Position numbers and translations under genes: made by a program | The notes under the pieces: generated by a model | Database searches by the model: none | Told to the model about the DNA's origin: nothing | What the model saw: only the letters and a program-made list of their open reading frames with translations | Shown here: in pieces, positions 28,278-37,218 of the stretch | Numbering within the stretch: the stretch's first letter is position 1 | Layout: each line of letters opens with the position of its first letter | DNA from: a virus | DNA: 64,000 bases | Strand: one strand, 5' to 3' | IMG/VR virus record: IMGVR_UViG_3300027769_001114 | Coordinates: 66,482-130,481 of that record

Positions 28278-28317
28278 TTGACAGATTCATCATGACACAT
28301 CGGTGTGACAGAGTCAA
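28278..28317 (-). promoter_or_regulatory. class A promoter unit
   Basis: TTGACT-17-CATGAT-5-TGTCAA. Confidence 0.75.
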
Positions 28318-28318
28318 G

Positions 28319-28633
28319 TCAGAAGGTAAGAAACTTGTCGGCGATTCCGAACATGACTTCTGCCGTCTTGGCGAACAGGGTCTCGTTGGCTTCGTGGAAC
28401 TTTGTCCACGCCTTGCCGGCGGAGTGGTTGCTGAGGTCGTGCTTAGTGATCGTGAGCCAACCGTCGGTAACGCTCCATGCCGACACAACCACATCGGACT
28501 GATAGTCGTAGTGGTTCTTGGTGATGGTGACCTTGACCCGTTGGCCATTCTTGCGTGCGCGGATCTCGGTGTAGATCGCATCGTTGGGCTTGTAGGCGGT
28601 GTTGCTGTCGATGAGTTCGTAGTTTGTGTTCAT
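28319..28633 (-). CDS. cassette hypothetical protein
   Basis: Conserved RBS element and class B promoter upstream. Confidence 0.75.
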   Translation of the reverse strand: MNTNYELIDSNTAYKPNDAIYTEIRARKNGQRVKVTITKNHYDYQSDVVVSAWSVTDGWLTITKHDLSNHSAGKAWTKFHEANETLFAKTAEVMFGIADKFLTF

Positions 28634-28664
28634 AGTTGGCCTCCTTGGGGCTTGCTGTTGTGTC

Positions 28665-28695
28665 TATAACGATCGGGCCGCACGAAAGTGTGCGC
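28665..28695 (-). promoter_or_regulatory. class B promoter-like unit
   Basis: GCGCACAC-14-ATCGTTATA. Confidence 0.7.
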
Positions 28696-28721
28696 CGTAT
28701 TCCGTGGATTATTCGGATCGG

Positions 28722-29276
28722 TCAGCAGACCTCGTCCTTGTCGTTCAACCGATCAGCGATCTCGTCGTAGAACATCTCCATGGTGGCTTCGTCCTTGTCG
28801 TCCAACCGACTAGCGATCTCGTCGTCGATCTCCTTCCATCGGGCGGTGAGTTTTTCTAAGGAGTTGGCGAAGAACTCATCGCACTCGTCACCCCAGTCAT
28901 CGTCGTCATCTTCGTCATCGTCGTCGTCATCGCTCTCGTTCGCCCATTGGCTGATGAGGCTGACATAGCCGTCGTTCGGGTTATTAACGTTGGTGAACAC
29001 GGCGTTCACGAACCGGAGTCCGCAGGACTCGTCGTACCACTCTCGGACGACGGTGGCGAGGTCTTCTGCGTTCGCCTCAACGGTGCGGTCGTCGCAGTGG
29101 ACTCCGTTGTAGTTGGCACGAAACCATTCGGCCTGCTCCTGATCCATCGCAAGATAGATCTTGTGACAGCCATCGAAGGCGGCGAGTAGAGCGTCGTCGG
29201 CGTACTCGGCGACAGCGTCCCAGCCCTCGCCTAGATCGTCTGCGTTGTGTGGTTGGTATTGGTTTTGTGTTTTCAT
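28722..29276 (-). CDS. acidic cassette protein, paralog of 43734-44156
   Basis: Shared AFDGCHKIYLAMD..A.WF..NYNG..CDDRT. Confidence 0.8.
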   Translation of the reverse strand: MKTQNQYQPHNADDLGEGWDAVAEYADDALLAAFDGCHKIYLAMDQEQAEWFRANYNGVHCDDRTVEANAEDLATVVREWYDESCGLRFVNAVFTNVNNPNDGYVSLISQWANESDDDDDDEDDDDDWGDECDEFFANSLEKLTARWKEIDDEIASRLDDKDEATMEMFYDEIADRLNDKDEVC

Positions 29277-29337
29277 ATTGGCCTCCTTGGGGCTTGTTTC
29301 TTTGACAGTTGTATCTTGACAGGGGGGTGTGGCAGAG

Positions 29338-29562
29338 TTAGCTGGTGAAGGTGTACAGGCCGTTGACGACCCTGTCCTCTACGTACTCAACAAACTCGCC
29401 TGAGATATCTCCCCATGAGGCGGCCTCTCGTATCCCCTCAATGATGGAGATCACATCCACCGAAATGATGAGCTTGCCATCTTCGCCGATCTCGACCGAG
29501 ACTGCGCATCCGGCGTTTGCCGATTCCTCACGAATGTTTCCTGCATTTTCTGATGTTTTCAT
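29338..29562 (-). CDS. small acidic cassette protein, paralog of 41611-41829
   Basis: Shared RE.S..GC....E.G.DGKL.I..D..SI. Confidence 0.75.
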   Translation of the reverse strand: MKTSENAGNIREESANAGCAVSVEIGEDGKLIISVDVISIIEGIREAASWGDISGEFVEYVEDRVVNGLYTFTS

Positions 29563-29586
29563 ATTGGCCTCCTTGGGGCTGTTTCG

Positions 29587-29626
29587 TTGACAAGTACATC
29601 ATGACACATGGGTGTGGCAGAGTCAA
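29587..29626 (-). promoter_or_regulatory. class A promoter unit
   Basis: TTGACT-17-CATGAT-5-TGTCAA. Confidence 0.75.
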
Positions 29627-29658
29627 GTATTTGTTTCTTGACTCCGCCGACGACCCTG

Positions 29659-29841
29659 TCATTCGTCCGGATCTAGGAATCCGTGGCCATTGTCTAAGCA
29701 CCACTGACGAGCCTGATCAAGTGACTTGAAAATCAAGTCGTACTCGTCGCCGTAGTCAACGACCGGCAGTAGGACACAATAAGTGTTGCCGTAGCCGTCG
29801 CGGCCTTCCCTGAACCTGTAAACCTTCACTGATGTTTCCAT
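29659..29841 (-). CDS. small cassette hypothetical protein
   Basis: Conserved RBS element; both promoter classes upstream. Confidence 0.7.
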   Translation of the reverse strand: METSVKVYRFREGRDGYGNTYCVLLPVVDYGDEYDLIFKSLDQARQWCLDNGHGFLDPDE

Positions 29842-29875
29842 AATGACCTCCTTGGTCGTTATTTGCTGTTGAGAG

Positions 29876-29906
29876 TAGAACGATCGGTGTCGGCCAAAGT
29901 GTGCGC
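29876..29906 (-). promoter_or_regulatory. class B promoter-like unit
   Basis: GCGCACAC-14-ATCGTTCTA. Confidence 0.7.
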
Positions 29907-29932
29907 AGATTCCGAAAGTTTTTTATTTCTCC

Positions 29933-29973
29933 TTGACAGAGACCATAATGACACATCGGTGTAGTGGAGTCAA
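29933..29973 (-). promoter_or_regulatory. class A promoter unit
   Basis: TTGACT-17-CATTAT-6-TGTCAA. Confidence 0.7.
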
Positions 29974-30007
29974 GTCAATCGGCCGAAAAGATTCGACGCT
30001 CCAATAG

Positions 30008-30048
30008 TTGACTCTGACACTCCCATTGTGTACGATGGTTTGTGTCAA
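30008..30048 (+). promoter_or_regulatory. class A promoter unit
   Basis: TTGACT-17-TACGAT-6-TGTCAA. Confidence 0.8.
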
Positions 30049-30080
30049 GGAAACGCCGAGACACGACCAAGGAGGTCACT

Positions 30081-30305
30081 ATGAAAAAGACCAATGAAAT
30101 CAAGGTTTTCGTAGCAGTTATCCAAACCAAGTACGAAGTGATGGCCGTGGCCGACACCGAGGAGGGCGCACGTGAGGCGGCCGTCAACAAGGCGTGGGAA
30201 TACCTGTCGGGTGTCAAGACCGACCTCAAGAAGTGGGAGATCGCCGACTACTTCGGCGTGGCCGTCACCGAGCTCGTCCTCAACGGTTCGGGCGAGTTCT
30301 GCTGA
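30081..30305 (+). CDS. small cassette hypothetical protein
   Basis: GACCAAGGAGGTCACT-ATG start. Confidence 0.75.
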   Translation: MKKTNEIKVFVAVIQTKYEVMAVADTEEGAREAAVNKAWEYLSGVKTDLKKWEIADYFGVAVTELVLNGSGEFC

Positions 30306-30310
30306 ACGGG

Positions 30311-30341
30311 CCGCACACTTCGGCAGTGAACGATCGTTATA
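30311..30341 (+). promoter_or_regulatory. class B promoter-like unit
   Basis: CCGCACAC-14-ATCGTTATA. Confidence 0.7.
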
Positions 30342-30374
30342 GATACATACCAATAAATGACCAAGGAGGTCGCC

Positions 30375-30788
30375 ATGAAAACATCAACGAAGTTAGTCCA
30401 CCCCACACCCGAACTATCCGAGCGAGTGATCGCCGTCTGCGAGTATCCACAATGGTGCTTGGATGACGACGGCAACCACACCTGCGTGCCGGACGACATC
30501 GAACCTGCTCGTAAGTACGCCCTCGTGATCGTCAAATCCCACGAGACTCGTGATGGTGCGTATTGGGAGGGTTTACTGTTTCGCAACGGCGAGGCGATCC
30601 TAGATGTCTCCAACGACGGTTGCGGTGGGCCGAACATGTACCACCCCATCCCAGGCCAAGCCCACCCCAACTGGCGAGAGGACTTGGAAACACTCAAGGC
30701 CGACGCACAGAAGGCGTTCCCGCGAGTCAAGTACGAACTTGAGGATGTCCTCATGGGCTACTTGGACATGATCGCCAACGCAGTCTGA
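30375..30788 (+). CDS. cassette hypothetical protein
   Basis: Conserved RBS element; V.NDG.GG motif. Confidence 0.75.
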   Translation: MKTSTKLVHPTPELSERVIAVCEYPQWCLDDDGNHTCVPDDIEPARKYALVIVKSHETRDGAYWEGLLFRNGEAILDVSNDGCGGPNMYHPIPGQAHPNWREDLETLKADAQKAFPRVKYELEDVLMGYLDMIANAV

Positions 30789-30871
30789 TCGGAACGAAAG
30801 CGGGGGTGTCGGCAACTGTGCCACACCCTCGCGGCACAATCTCATTATCAGCAACGACCAAGGAGGTCAAT

Positions 30872-31171
30872 ATGGAAACATCAACTAAGACAGTCAAGGA
30901 TCCGTGCATTTGGTGCGAGCAGTCCACCGCTTTCGGCTCGGGTCGTTTCGTAAACCGGATTCCGGCAGATCGGGACGACGAAGAGGCCACCATCGACGGG
31001 TGGGCTTGCGCCGAGTGTGCGGGCTACGAGTGCGACGAGTGCGGCGAGCAGATCTATCTGGACTCCGAGGTCAGGGTTGACCACCTTGCCGTCGGTGGCG
31101 AGTACCAATACGGCAACTACCACGAGGCCTGTTACTCCCGAACGAAACACGGCCCGATCGCCGAGTACTGA
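30872..31171 (+). CDS. Cys-rich cassette protein
   Basis: CIWC..STAFGSGRFVNRIPA, CAEC, CDEC, HEAC. Confidence 0.75.
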   Translation: METSTKTVKDPCIWCEQSTAFGSGRFVNRIPADRDDEEATIDGWACAECAGYECDECGEQIYLDSEVRVDHLAVGGEYQYGNYHEACYSRTKHGPIAEY

Positions 31172-31197
31172 GCTCGCCGAGAGGCCACCGGAACCGA

Positions 31198-31224
31198 GCC
31201 CCGACCCTCATCGGTCGGGGCTTT
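31198..31224 (+). terminator. intrinsic terminator-like hairpin
   Basis: GCCCCGACC-ctcatc-GGTCGGGGC followed by TTT. Confidence 0.6.
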
Positions 31225-31294
31225 GCCGTTCCTCTGTTTGGGTGGCTAGTATGTCGGTGACAACTAGACACCCCGAAGGGTGAGAGGGAACGAC

Positions 31295-31795
31295 ATGACA
31301 ACCGAGAGCCACCATTACGACGCCCGATGGGCAGTCAACGTCGACGGCATCAAAGCATGGGCGGCCAAGAACGGCAGCCCGATGGCCCCAGCCGGAGCGA
31401 CGATCCGCCTGCGTGACGGCCGGACGGCCAATGTCGGCACGTTCGTTGCGTACGCTCGAGCTAGGCACCGGAAGGGCCTGCTCGACGAGCGTCGAGTCCG
31501 CGAGCTGTCACGCATCCCGGGCTGGACGTGGGACAGACTGTCTCCGGGGCCGAAGGGCAAGGAGTCACGGAACGAGGAGATCCGCCGCCTGCGGGCTCAG
31601 GGCGTGACTCTCGCTGAGATCGCGGAGAAGTTCGAGATGTCGAGACAGCGTGTGCATCAGATTGCGCCGGATGCCCCGGAAGAGTCGAGGCACGAGGCCC
31701 ACCTCGAGAAGCGCCGGAAGCAGCGCGCAAAGCTGAACGTCGAGAAGGTTCGAGCTGCCGTGTCAGCTGCAAAGAACCGGAAGGTGTCGCGTTGA
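31295..31795 (+). CDS. helicase-associated-like domain plus sigma region-4-like HTH protein
   Basis: VGTFV...R.....G.L...R..EL..IPGWTWD; G.TLAEIAEKFEMSRQRVHQI. Confidence 0.7.
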   Translation: MTTESHHYDARWAVNVDGIKAWAAKNGSPMAPAGATIRLRDGRTANVGTFVAYARARHRKGLLDERRVRELSRIPGWTWDRLSPGPKGKESRNEEIRRLRAQGVTLAEIAEKFEMSRQRVHQIAPDAPEESRHEAHLEKRRKQRAKLNVEKVRAAVSAAKNRKVSR

Positions 31796-32001
31796 TGCCC
31801 GCCGTGACTCTCGCTCTGTTTATCTCGTGGTGTTCGTGGGCCTTGATGATCGTCGTGGGCATCCTGCACTCCGTTGGCTTCACGGCCCACACGCTCGGTT
31901 ACGACCAGGCTTCCGGCATTGCCTGGTGCCTGATGCCCCCGGTGTTGTTCCTTATCGCCGGCTCGAGGTACGTGGCCGACCAACAACGGGCCAAGAAATA
32001 G
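31792..32001 (+). CDS. small membrane protein
   Basis: Two hydrophobic segments, coupled. Confidence 0.55.
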   Translation: MMPAVTLALFISWCSWALMIVVGILHSVGFTAHTLGYDQASGIAWCLMPPVLFLIAGSRYVADQQRAKK

Positions 32002-32006
32002 CAAGA

Positions 32007-32039
32007 GAGCCGGCCCCGACCATTGGTCGAGACCGGCTC
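32007..32039. terminator. hairpin between convergent genes
   Basis: GAGCCGG..CGACC-att-GGTCG..CCGGCTC. Confidence 0.5.
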
Positions 32040-32066
32040 ACCCCGCAGATAGGGCTGCGAGATCGT

Positions 32067-33533
32067 TCAGCGGTAACGCTTGTCGCGTTCCCCTGGGAGA
32101 GTCACCGTGCGCAACTCCTTGCCGTAGGCACTAACCCACGAACGTCGCCACACAGGCGGGTACCAACGTCTTGGCTTCTTGCCCTTGCGCAGTTCTTTGA
32201 GCATCACGATCGCCGACTCAACATTCGGTCGCATGATGATGCCGTTGGTGATTGCGAGCTTGGCACATTCAATGCCCTGTGAGTCCTCGTACCGTTGGCT
32301 CGGCCCGTGGACGAGACCATCGGTGATCCAAACGACAGGAGCCTTGCGACTCTGACGTTGTTCAATGGCCCAACGCGCGGCAGGACCATCGACGCCGTTG
32401 CCCTGAACTCGTTCGGGCATCTCGGCGACCATCTTGCCCTTGTCGGCGATGACGAGCAGGTTTGGCCTGACTCTGTCGTTGCTGTTGGAGCAATACACGG
32501 CGACGGTACAGCCGGGTGCGGACTCAAGGATTGACTTGATGTCGTCCTGAGAGAACTTCATGGAAGCCGAACCGTCAATGAGCACAACGCCACCGACAGT
32601 TTTCCTAGTGGTGTCGAATACCTTGCGATCGGGGTCGGTCAGCATCCGAGACATCCGCCTTGGCGATGTGCCAATGTTGGAGGCTTTACGTTTGCGACCG
32701 AGACCGCCTGGTGCCGGCTTGGTCAACGGTAGGCGAGCGATACGAAGGTCGTCCCACCATGAGCCAGCATTGGAGGGCTTCATGCCCTTGATCTCCTCGG
32801 CCTTGGGCGGTTCGGGCTTCTTGGGCGATGCCTGAGCCTCGCCGGCATCCTGTTCCTCGGTGTCGTCCTCGTGTGGATCGTCGGCCGGTGGTGCCGGCGG
32901 GTTGGCGATCTGTTCAATCATGACGGCGATGGCCTCGGTGTACGAGTATCCCCACGGGGCGACCCCTGCGAGTTCATGTACCGATGTATCGGCAAGCTTG
33001 ACCGAGGGGATGTTGTTGATCCACTTGACCAGATTGTCGTTGAGGGTACGGAGCGTCTTGGCCCATTCAGGCTTGTGCTTACGTACGCCCTTAAGGAACT
33101 CCGTGATGCGTCCCGTGTTACCGGAGGCGACCGCGGCGTAGACCGCATCGGCCCACCGATCGTTCTCGGCGAGATACTCACCGCCGGGCTTCTCTGTACC
33201 ATCGGCGACACTGGCCATGTCGAAGCCTGCGCGCTTGCAGAGGGTGTTCACGCGGAACTCCTCAGCAGCGACGAAGGCGGCCATTGGTGCGCGACCCCTG
33301 GCGAGCCACACTCTCGTGTCCTCGGCAACGGGCGAGACCTTGGCGTGCATCATCTCGTGCGCACGAATACAACGCTCCAGGGCATTGTCGCCCTTCGGCA
33401 CTTGTATCTTGCGTTCGGTGACGTTCGTCCACGACTGACCGGGAGCGAGTGAGACCTCATTGACATCCCACGACCCGTGTTCCGCATCATCGCGGCCCAA
33501 CAGGTCGGGCATGACTATGGTCGGCCTACTCAC
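32067..33533 (-). CDS. HExxH plus vWA-domain protein (MoxR partner)
   Basis: AHEMMH..., EEFRVN; VVLIDGSASM (MIDAS); VVWITDG. Confidence 0.78.
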   Translation of the reverse strand: MSRPTIVMPDLLGRDDAEHGSWDVNEVSLAPGQSWTNVTERKIQVPKGDNALERCIRAHEMMHAKVSPVAEDTRVWLARGRAPMAAFVAAEEFRVNTLCKRAGFDMASVADGTEKPGGEYLAENDRWADAVYAAVASGNTGRITEFLKGVRKHKPEWAKTLRTLNDNLVKWINNIPSVKLADTSVHELAGVAPWGYSYTEAIAVMIEQIANPPAPPADDPHEDDTEEQDAGEAQASPKKPEPPKAEEIKGMKPSNAGSWWDDLRIARLPLTKPAPGGLGRKRKASNIGTSPRRMSRMLTDPDRKVFDTTRKTVGGVVLIDGSASMKFSQDDIKSILESAPGCTVAVYCSNSNDRVRPNLLVIADKGKMVAEMPERVQGNGVDGPAARWAIEQRQSRKAPVVWITDGLVHGPSQRYEDSQGIECAKLAITNGIIMRPNVESAIVMLKELRKGKKPRRWYPPVWRRSWVSAYGKELRTVTLPGERDKRYR

Positions 33534-34243
33534 TTGATCACCGTGTCAATGGCGATTGCGTCAAGGACGGCCTGAGCAAGCTTCTCACCGAATACCATCT
33601 CGGCCGCATAGACCTGATCGCCGAGTGACTTGGTCAACTTGTCGAAAGCCATGAACTGACGGAGCGAGATACGACGCTCACCAAGGTCGGCGGCACGCCG
33701 TGCGTAGTCGCGCAAGTTCGGCGACAGACGCAGGAGAGCGTCGGGGTGAGGTTCGTTGATCCTGATACGGACGGGGAAGCGATCAACGAGGGCTTCGGGC
33801 AGTTCGTCCATGTCCTCGGCATTGGTCGTACAGACGACGCTGTATCCCGCCGATGCGACGACGTTGCCGTTCAGACCGGGGTGGTCAAGGGCGATTGAGT
33901 CGTCACTGTCGGTGACGGCGAGGAGGGTCGCAAGGACATCGCCTGATGCCTTGTCAACTTCGTCCAGGATGAGCCGGCCACCGTTGCGGAGTGCGTTGGT
34001 CGCACCGCCGTCGCGCCAAGCCCACACACCGTCGCCGGTGGGAAGCCAGTGCCCGGTCACATCGGCGGATGTCATATCCTCCGTGCAGTTGACCTTCCAT
34101 GCTCCGTTGCGGACATTGCCGAATGTCAGGCCGGCGAATGTTTTGCCGGTTCCTGGTGGCCCGAAAAGGAGGAGACGGTCGATGCCCGACTCCAATGCGT
34201 CTTGTGCGTACTTCCAGCACTTAGGTAGTTCTGATGTTTTCAT
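33530..34243 (-). CDS. MoxR-type AAA+ ATPase
   Basis: GPPGTGKT, WRDG, LILDEVDKA, TTN, LPEALVDRF, ISLR. Confidence 0.9.
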   Translation of the reverse strand: MKTSELPKCWKYAQDALESGIDRLLLFGPPGTGKTFAGLTFGNVRNGAWKVNCTEDMTSADVTGHWLPTGDGVWAWRDGGATNALRNGGRLILDEVDKASGDVLATLLAVTDSDDSIALDHPGLNGNVVASAGYSVVCTTNAEDMDELPEALVDRFPVRIRINEPHPDALLRLSPNLRDYARRAADLGERRISLRQFMAFDKLTKSLGDQVYAAEMVFGEKLAQAVLDAIAIDTVIK

Positions 34244-34272
34244 GGTGACCTCCTTGGTCGTTGTTTATGTCA

Positions 34273-34301
34273 ATGGTATGTGATAACTAAATGGTTGTCA
34301 A
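34273..34301 (-). promoter_or_regulatory. sigma70-type promoter
   Basis: TTGACA-17-TACCAT. Confidence 0.7.
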
Positions 34302-34340
34302 GTCGGCCCAAGCCCGACGCCCGGGCCGACCTGACGATCG

Positions 34341-34817
34341 TCACCAGGACGACGAGTAGGAGAAACTCCAGTCGTCGGGGACGGTGTTGAGGAGACGGGT
34401 GATGGTCTCGGCAGTCCACGAGAGTTGCTCGTAGTACCACTCATCAAAGTTTCCTGAACCGAAGAAGAAACCAGCGACGGGTGGCATGATCTCGCCGGCC
34501 TTGTCGCGGTTGTCCAATACGGACTGACAGAGCGACGCAAGTTCTGCGAGTTGCTTACGTTCGACGCCGTACTCGCGGCAGTCGTCGTCACCGTTCTGAA
34601 TGTTCTGAACGAACCAACCGTGTATTTGATTGGCCTTGCGCCACTGAGCGACACCGACCTTGACTTCGGTCATGGTGTAACCGTTCGGATCCGGCGTGAT
34701 GAACTCGTCGGCTCCAGCGAAGCTGATGATGCTTCGGGCCGCATTGTTCTCGTCGTCCTTATTCCATCGGGCGATGCTCTGATACTTGGTCACTGTAAGT
34801 GTTTGGTCTAATCCCAT
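34341..34817 (-). CDS. conserved phage hypothetical protein
   Basis: MGLD, WRKANQIHGWF, GFFFGS..DEWY, Y.SSW. Confidence 0.8.
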   Translation of the reverse strand: MGLDQTLTVTKYQSIARWNKDDENNAARSIISFAGADEFITPDPNGYTMTEVKVGVAQWRKANQIHGWFVQNIQNGDDDCREYGVERKQLAELASLCQSVLDNRDKAGEIMPPVAGFFFGSGNFDEWYYEQLSWTAETITRLLNTVPDDWSFSYSSSW

Positions 34818-34841
34818 AGTTGCCTCCTTGGCGTTGTTTAC

Positions 34842-34881
34842 TTGACTAACTCAGTATGACACACGGGTGTGAGACTGTCAA
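34842..34881 (-). promoter_or_regulatory. class A promoter unit
   Basis: TTGACA-17-CATACT-5-AGTCAA. Confidence 0.7.
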
Positions 34882-34901
34882 GTCTTTATTCCCGATATTT
34901 A

Positions 34902-34932
34902 TATAACGATCGGTCGGGGTCGAAGTGTGCGC
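34902..34932 (-). promoter_or_regulatory. class B promoter-like unit
   Basis: GCGCACAC-14-ATCGTTATA. Confidence 0.7.
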
Positions 34933-34951
34933 ACTCCGACCCCGAAACCGC

Positions 34952-35383
34952 TTATTTCTTGACCGAGGGCTTTTTGGGCTTCGGTGTCACCTTGATGCTC
35001 GCGGCGACCGGGACGAGGCTTGAGGCCTTGTCTGCGACGTCCTGCGAGATGTAGCCCGACTCAACAGCACCCTTGAAGGCGTCAAGATCAACGGACTTCT
35101 TGGTGAGGTTGTCGTACACCTTGCTCGGCACGAGTTCGGCGAGGACTTCTGCGTCCACACTCAGTCGGCCGTCCGACTCAACGAGTGTCACTTGGGTTTC
35201 GTCGGCGAGTTCAACCTTGACGATCCCGGCGGACTTGAACGCTTCGATTGCGTCGTCCTGGGCTCGCTTTGCGGCGGCCTTGGCGTCCTTCTCGGCAATG
35301 CGAGCGAGGACTAAAGCTTGGGCCGCATATTTGGCGAGCTCGGTGGATACTGACTGTGTTTGGGTTTCATGGGTTGTTTTCAT
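34952..35383 (-). CDS. cassette hypothetical protein
   Basis: Conserved RBS element; helical N-terminus, basic tail. Confidence 0.75.
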   Translation of the reverse strand: MKTTHETQTQSVSTELAKYAAQALVLARIAEKDAKAAAKRAQDDAIEAFKSAGIVKVELADETQVTLVESDGRLSVDAEVLAELVPSKVYDNLTKKSVDLDAFKGAVESGYISQDVADKASSLVPVAASIKVTPKPKKPSVKK

Positions 35384-35469
35384 GGCTGACCTCCTTGGTC
35401 GTTTTGGTTACTTACTCATAGTGCCAGGGGGGTGTGTCAGAGTTGTTCCGACTCACTTCCTGTCAAGAT

Positions 35470-35500
35470 GATAACGATACTATGACTCAGAAGTGTGCGC
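35470..35500 (-). promoter_or_regulatory. class B promoter-like unit
   Basis: GCGCACAC-14-ATCGTTATC. Confidence 0.65.
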
Positions 35501-35541
35501 GTGTCAAGGATTATTTTCAAAAATCTTTTTGGCCGATTGAC

Positions 35542-35581
35542 TTGACTGTGTCATACCTATGTGTCATGATGTGTTTGTCAA
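35542..35581 (+). promoter_or_regulatory. class A promoter unit
   Basis: TTGACT-17-CATGAT-5-TGTCAA. Confidence 0.75.
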
Positions 35582-35612
35582 GGAAACACCGAGACAGACC
35601 AAGGAGGTCACC

Positions 35613-35834
35613 ATGAGCAAAACAGCGCAGAAGCACTACTTCGCCGGACTCGTCGGCAAAACCATTAAGCACGTCGCTTACTTGGACAAAGGCCAAATCG
35701 AAGAAGACTTCGGTTGGTACTGCGATGAGGACGAGACCACCGTCATCGTGTTCACCGATGGCACGGCGGCGATCTTGATGGCCGACCCTGAAGGTAACGG
35801 ACCGGGTTGGATGGAAGTCACCACCGTCGCATGA
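35613..35834 (+). CDS. small cassette hypothetical protein
   Basis: LVGKTI..V.Y...GW...FTDG....DPEGNGPG. Confidence 0.75.
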   Translation: MSKTAQKHYFAGLVGKTIKHVAYLDKGQIEEDFGWYCDEDETTVIVFTDGTAAILMADPEGNGPGWMEVTTVA

Positions 35835-35844
35835 CGAAATAGGT

Positions 35845-35875
35845 GCGCACACTTTGCGCACTACTCATCGTTCTA
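35845..35875 (+). promoter_or_regulatory. class B promoter-like unit
   Basis: GCGCACAC-14-ATCGTTCTA. Confidence 0.7.
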
Positions 35876-35906
35876 GTCTCAACAACGAATGACCAAGGAG
35901 GTCACT

Positions 35907-36149
35907 ATGGAAACGAAACAGGAAGCAATGTCAAATATGACAGCGATGATCAACGGCGAGTTCCGCCGTCTGACCGTCGCCGAGGCGAAGGCCATGCACG
36001 AGGCGGATGTGAAGGCCGAAGCCGACCGCATCGCCGCAGGCGGTTGCCCACACCCCATCGAAGAATGGGATCACGAGTACGACGAGGACTCACTCCTCGG
36101 CGATGCTTACTACTGCGGTCGTTGCAACGAACTCATGCAGGTGGGTTGA
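35907..36149 (+). CDS. small cassette protein with Zn ribbon
   Basis: CPH...CGRC; conserved RBS element. Confidence 0.75.
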   Translation: METKQEAMSNMTAMINGEFRRLTVAEAKAMHEADVKAEADRIAAGGCPHPIEEWDHEYDEDSLLGDAYYCGRCNELMQVG

Positions 36150-36150
36150 G

Positions 36151-36549
36151 ATGAACGCCAACAACGTGAAACTCACATTCACCTACCGACCCTTATCCGA
36201 CACAGCGATGGTCTGGACTGATGTCGTCGTCCCCGACGATGAACGCGAGCAACGACTCGTCACCCGTCCGGTCAATGAGGATATGTCACTACAAGTCCTC
36301 AAGGTCGGGCCGGCTCACAACCGAACCAAGTTGATCTTTGACGGACTTCAAGTCATCTCGGTTAGTCAGAACGACGGCTGGGACGCTTTCCTCGGTCTAA
36401 TGATCACCGACGATCTAGCATCGTTGATCGTGGACAAAATCAAGGAACTCCGATCGTTGCCCGTGCCGGTTGACATCGCCGAACGAGTGCGCACTAGCCA
36501 CCGTTTGGAAGCCGACGTCGACCTGACCGCATTGGTCGTGAGTCAATGA
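36151..36549 (+). CDS. hypothetical protein
   Basis: Follows upstream stop directly. Confidence 0.6.
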   Translation: MNANNVKLTFTYRPLSDTAMVWTDVVVPDDEREQRLVTRPVNEDMSLQVLKVGPAHNRTKLIFDGLQVISVSQNDGWDAFLGLMITDDLASLIVDKIKELRSLPVPVDIAERVRTSHRLEADVDLTALVVSQ

Positions 36550-36743
36550 AAGCCGCAGAGATCGCTCAGGTGATGGACGAGGCGGAGGACGAACTCCGCC
36601 TCGCCGTGGCCCAACTCGTGGCCGGCATTGACGAACTCCTTGCCGCCACCGCGGGCCATCAGGTCATAGCGGCCTCTGAGGTGGCCGACAGTCTCCTGGA
36701 TCTCCGGATCAGAGCGACGGGGCTAGCCGGCCGAATAGGTTGA
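36546..36743 (+). CDS. small hypothetical protein
   Basis: ATGA-coupled. Confidence 0.55.
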   Translation: MKAAEIAQVMDEAEDELRLAVAQLVAGIDELLAATAGHQVIAASEVADSLLDLRIRATGLAGRIG

Positions 36744-36988
36744 CGAGAGAGGGCCACGGGTCGTATATTCGATCCGTGGCCCTTTTCCGTGACTCCCCGT
36801 ATAGGTGCGAGTTCTGCGGCGAGGGTCTTGACCCATCAGCTTCCGGCTCCGCCAAGCGTGTGACGTGCTGGATGAAGAATGGGTCGACCGCAGCCCGGAA
36901 TCCAGGCCCACCGATTGCGTACGCTCACTGGGCGTGTGCCGAGGCCGGCTTGTTGAAGTCCGTGACTGACACTCCGAAACTTTTCTAG
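36740..36988 (+). CDS. small Cys/His protein
   Basis: CEFC...HWAC; coupled. Confidence 0.5.
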   Translation: MTREGHGSYIRSVALFRDSPYRCEFCGEGLDPSASGSAKRVTCWMKNGSTAARNPGPPIAYAHWACAEAGLLKSVTDTPKLF

Positions 36989-37020
36989 ATCCGAGGGTCG
37001 TTGTTTTCTAGATCCGAGGG
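36981..37020. repeat. 17-bp direct repeat
   Basis: TTTTCTAGATCCGAGGG at 36981 and 37004. Confidence 0.85.
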
Positions 37021-37218
37021 CAGATCCCGGATTAGCAGCGACGTCAGCTCGTCGACCGCATCCCAGAACTCCGGCCAGTCACGGCGTTGCCGCCTGGCCT
37101 TTCGACGACCCCGGAACCCGGAAGACCGGCTTATGACGTCGTCAAGCCGGGAAATGGCCGCGACAAGTTCGTCCCAAACGTCGGCTTCATGCCGTGACGG
37201 CCAGCGGCTGTCGCTCAT
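36985..37218 (-). CDS. small hypothetical protein
   Basis: Coupled ORF in minus-strand run. Confidence 0.5.
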   Translation of the reverse strand: MSDSRWPSRHEADVWDELVAAISRLDDVISRSSGFRGRRKARRQRRDWPEFWDAVDELTSLLIRDLPSDLENNDPRI

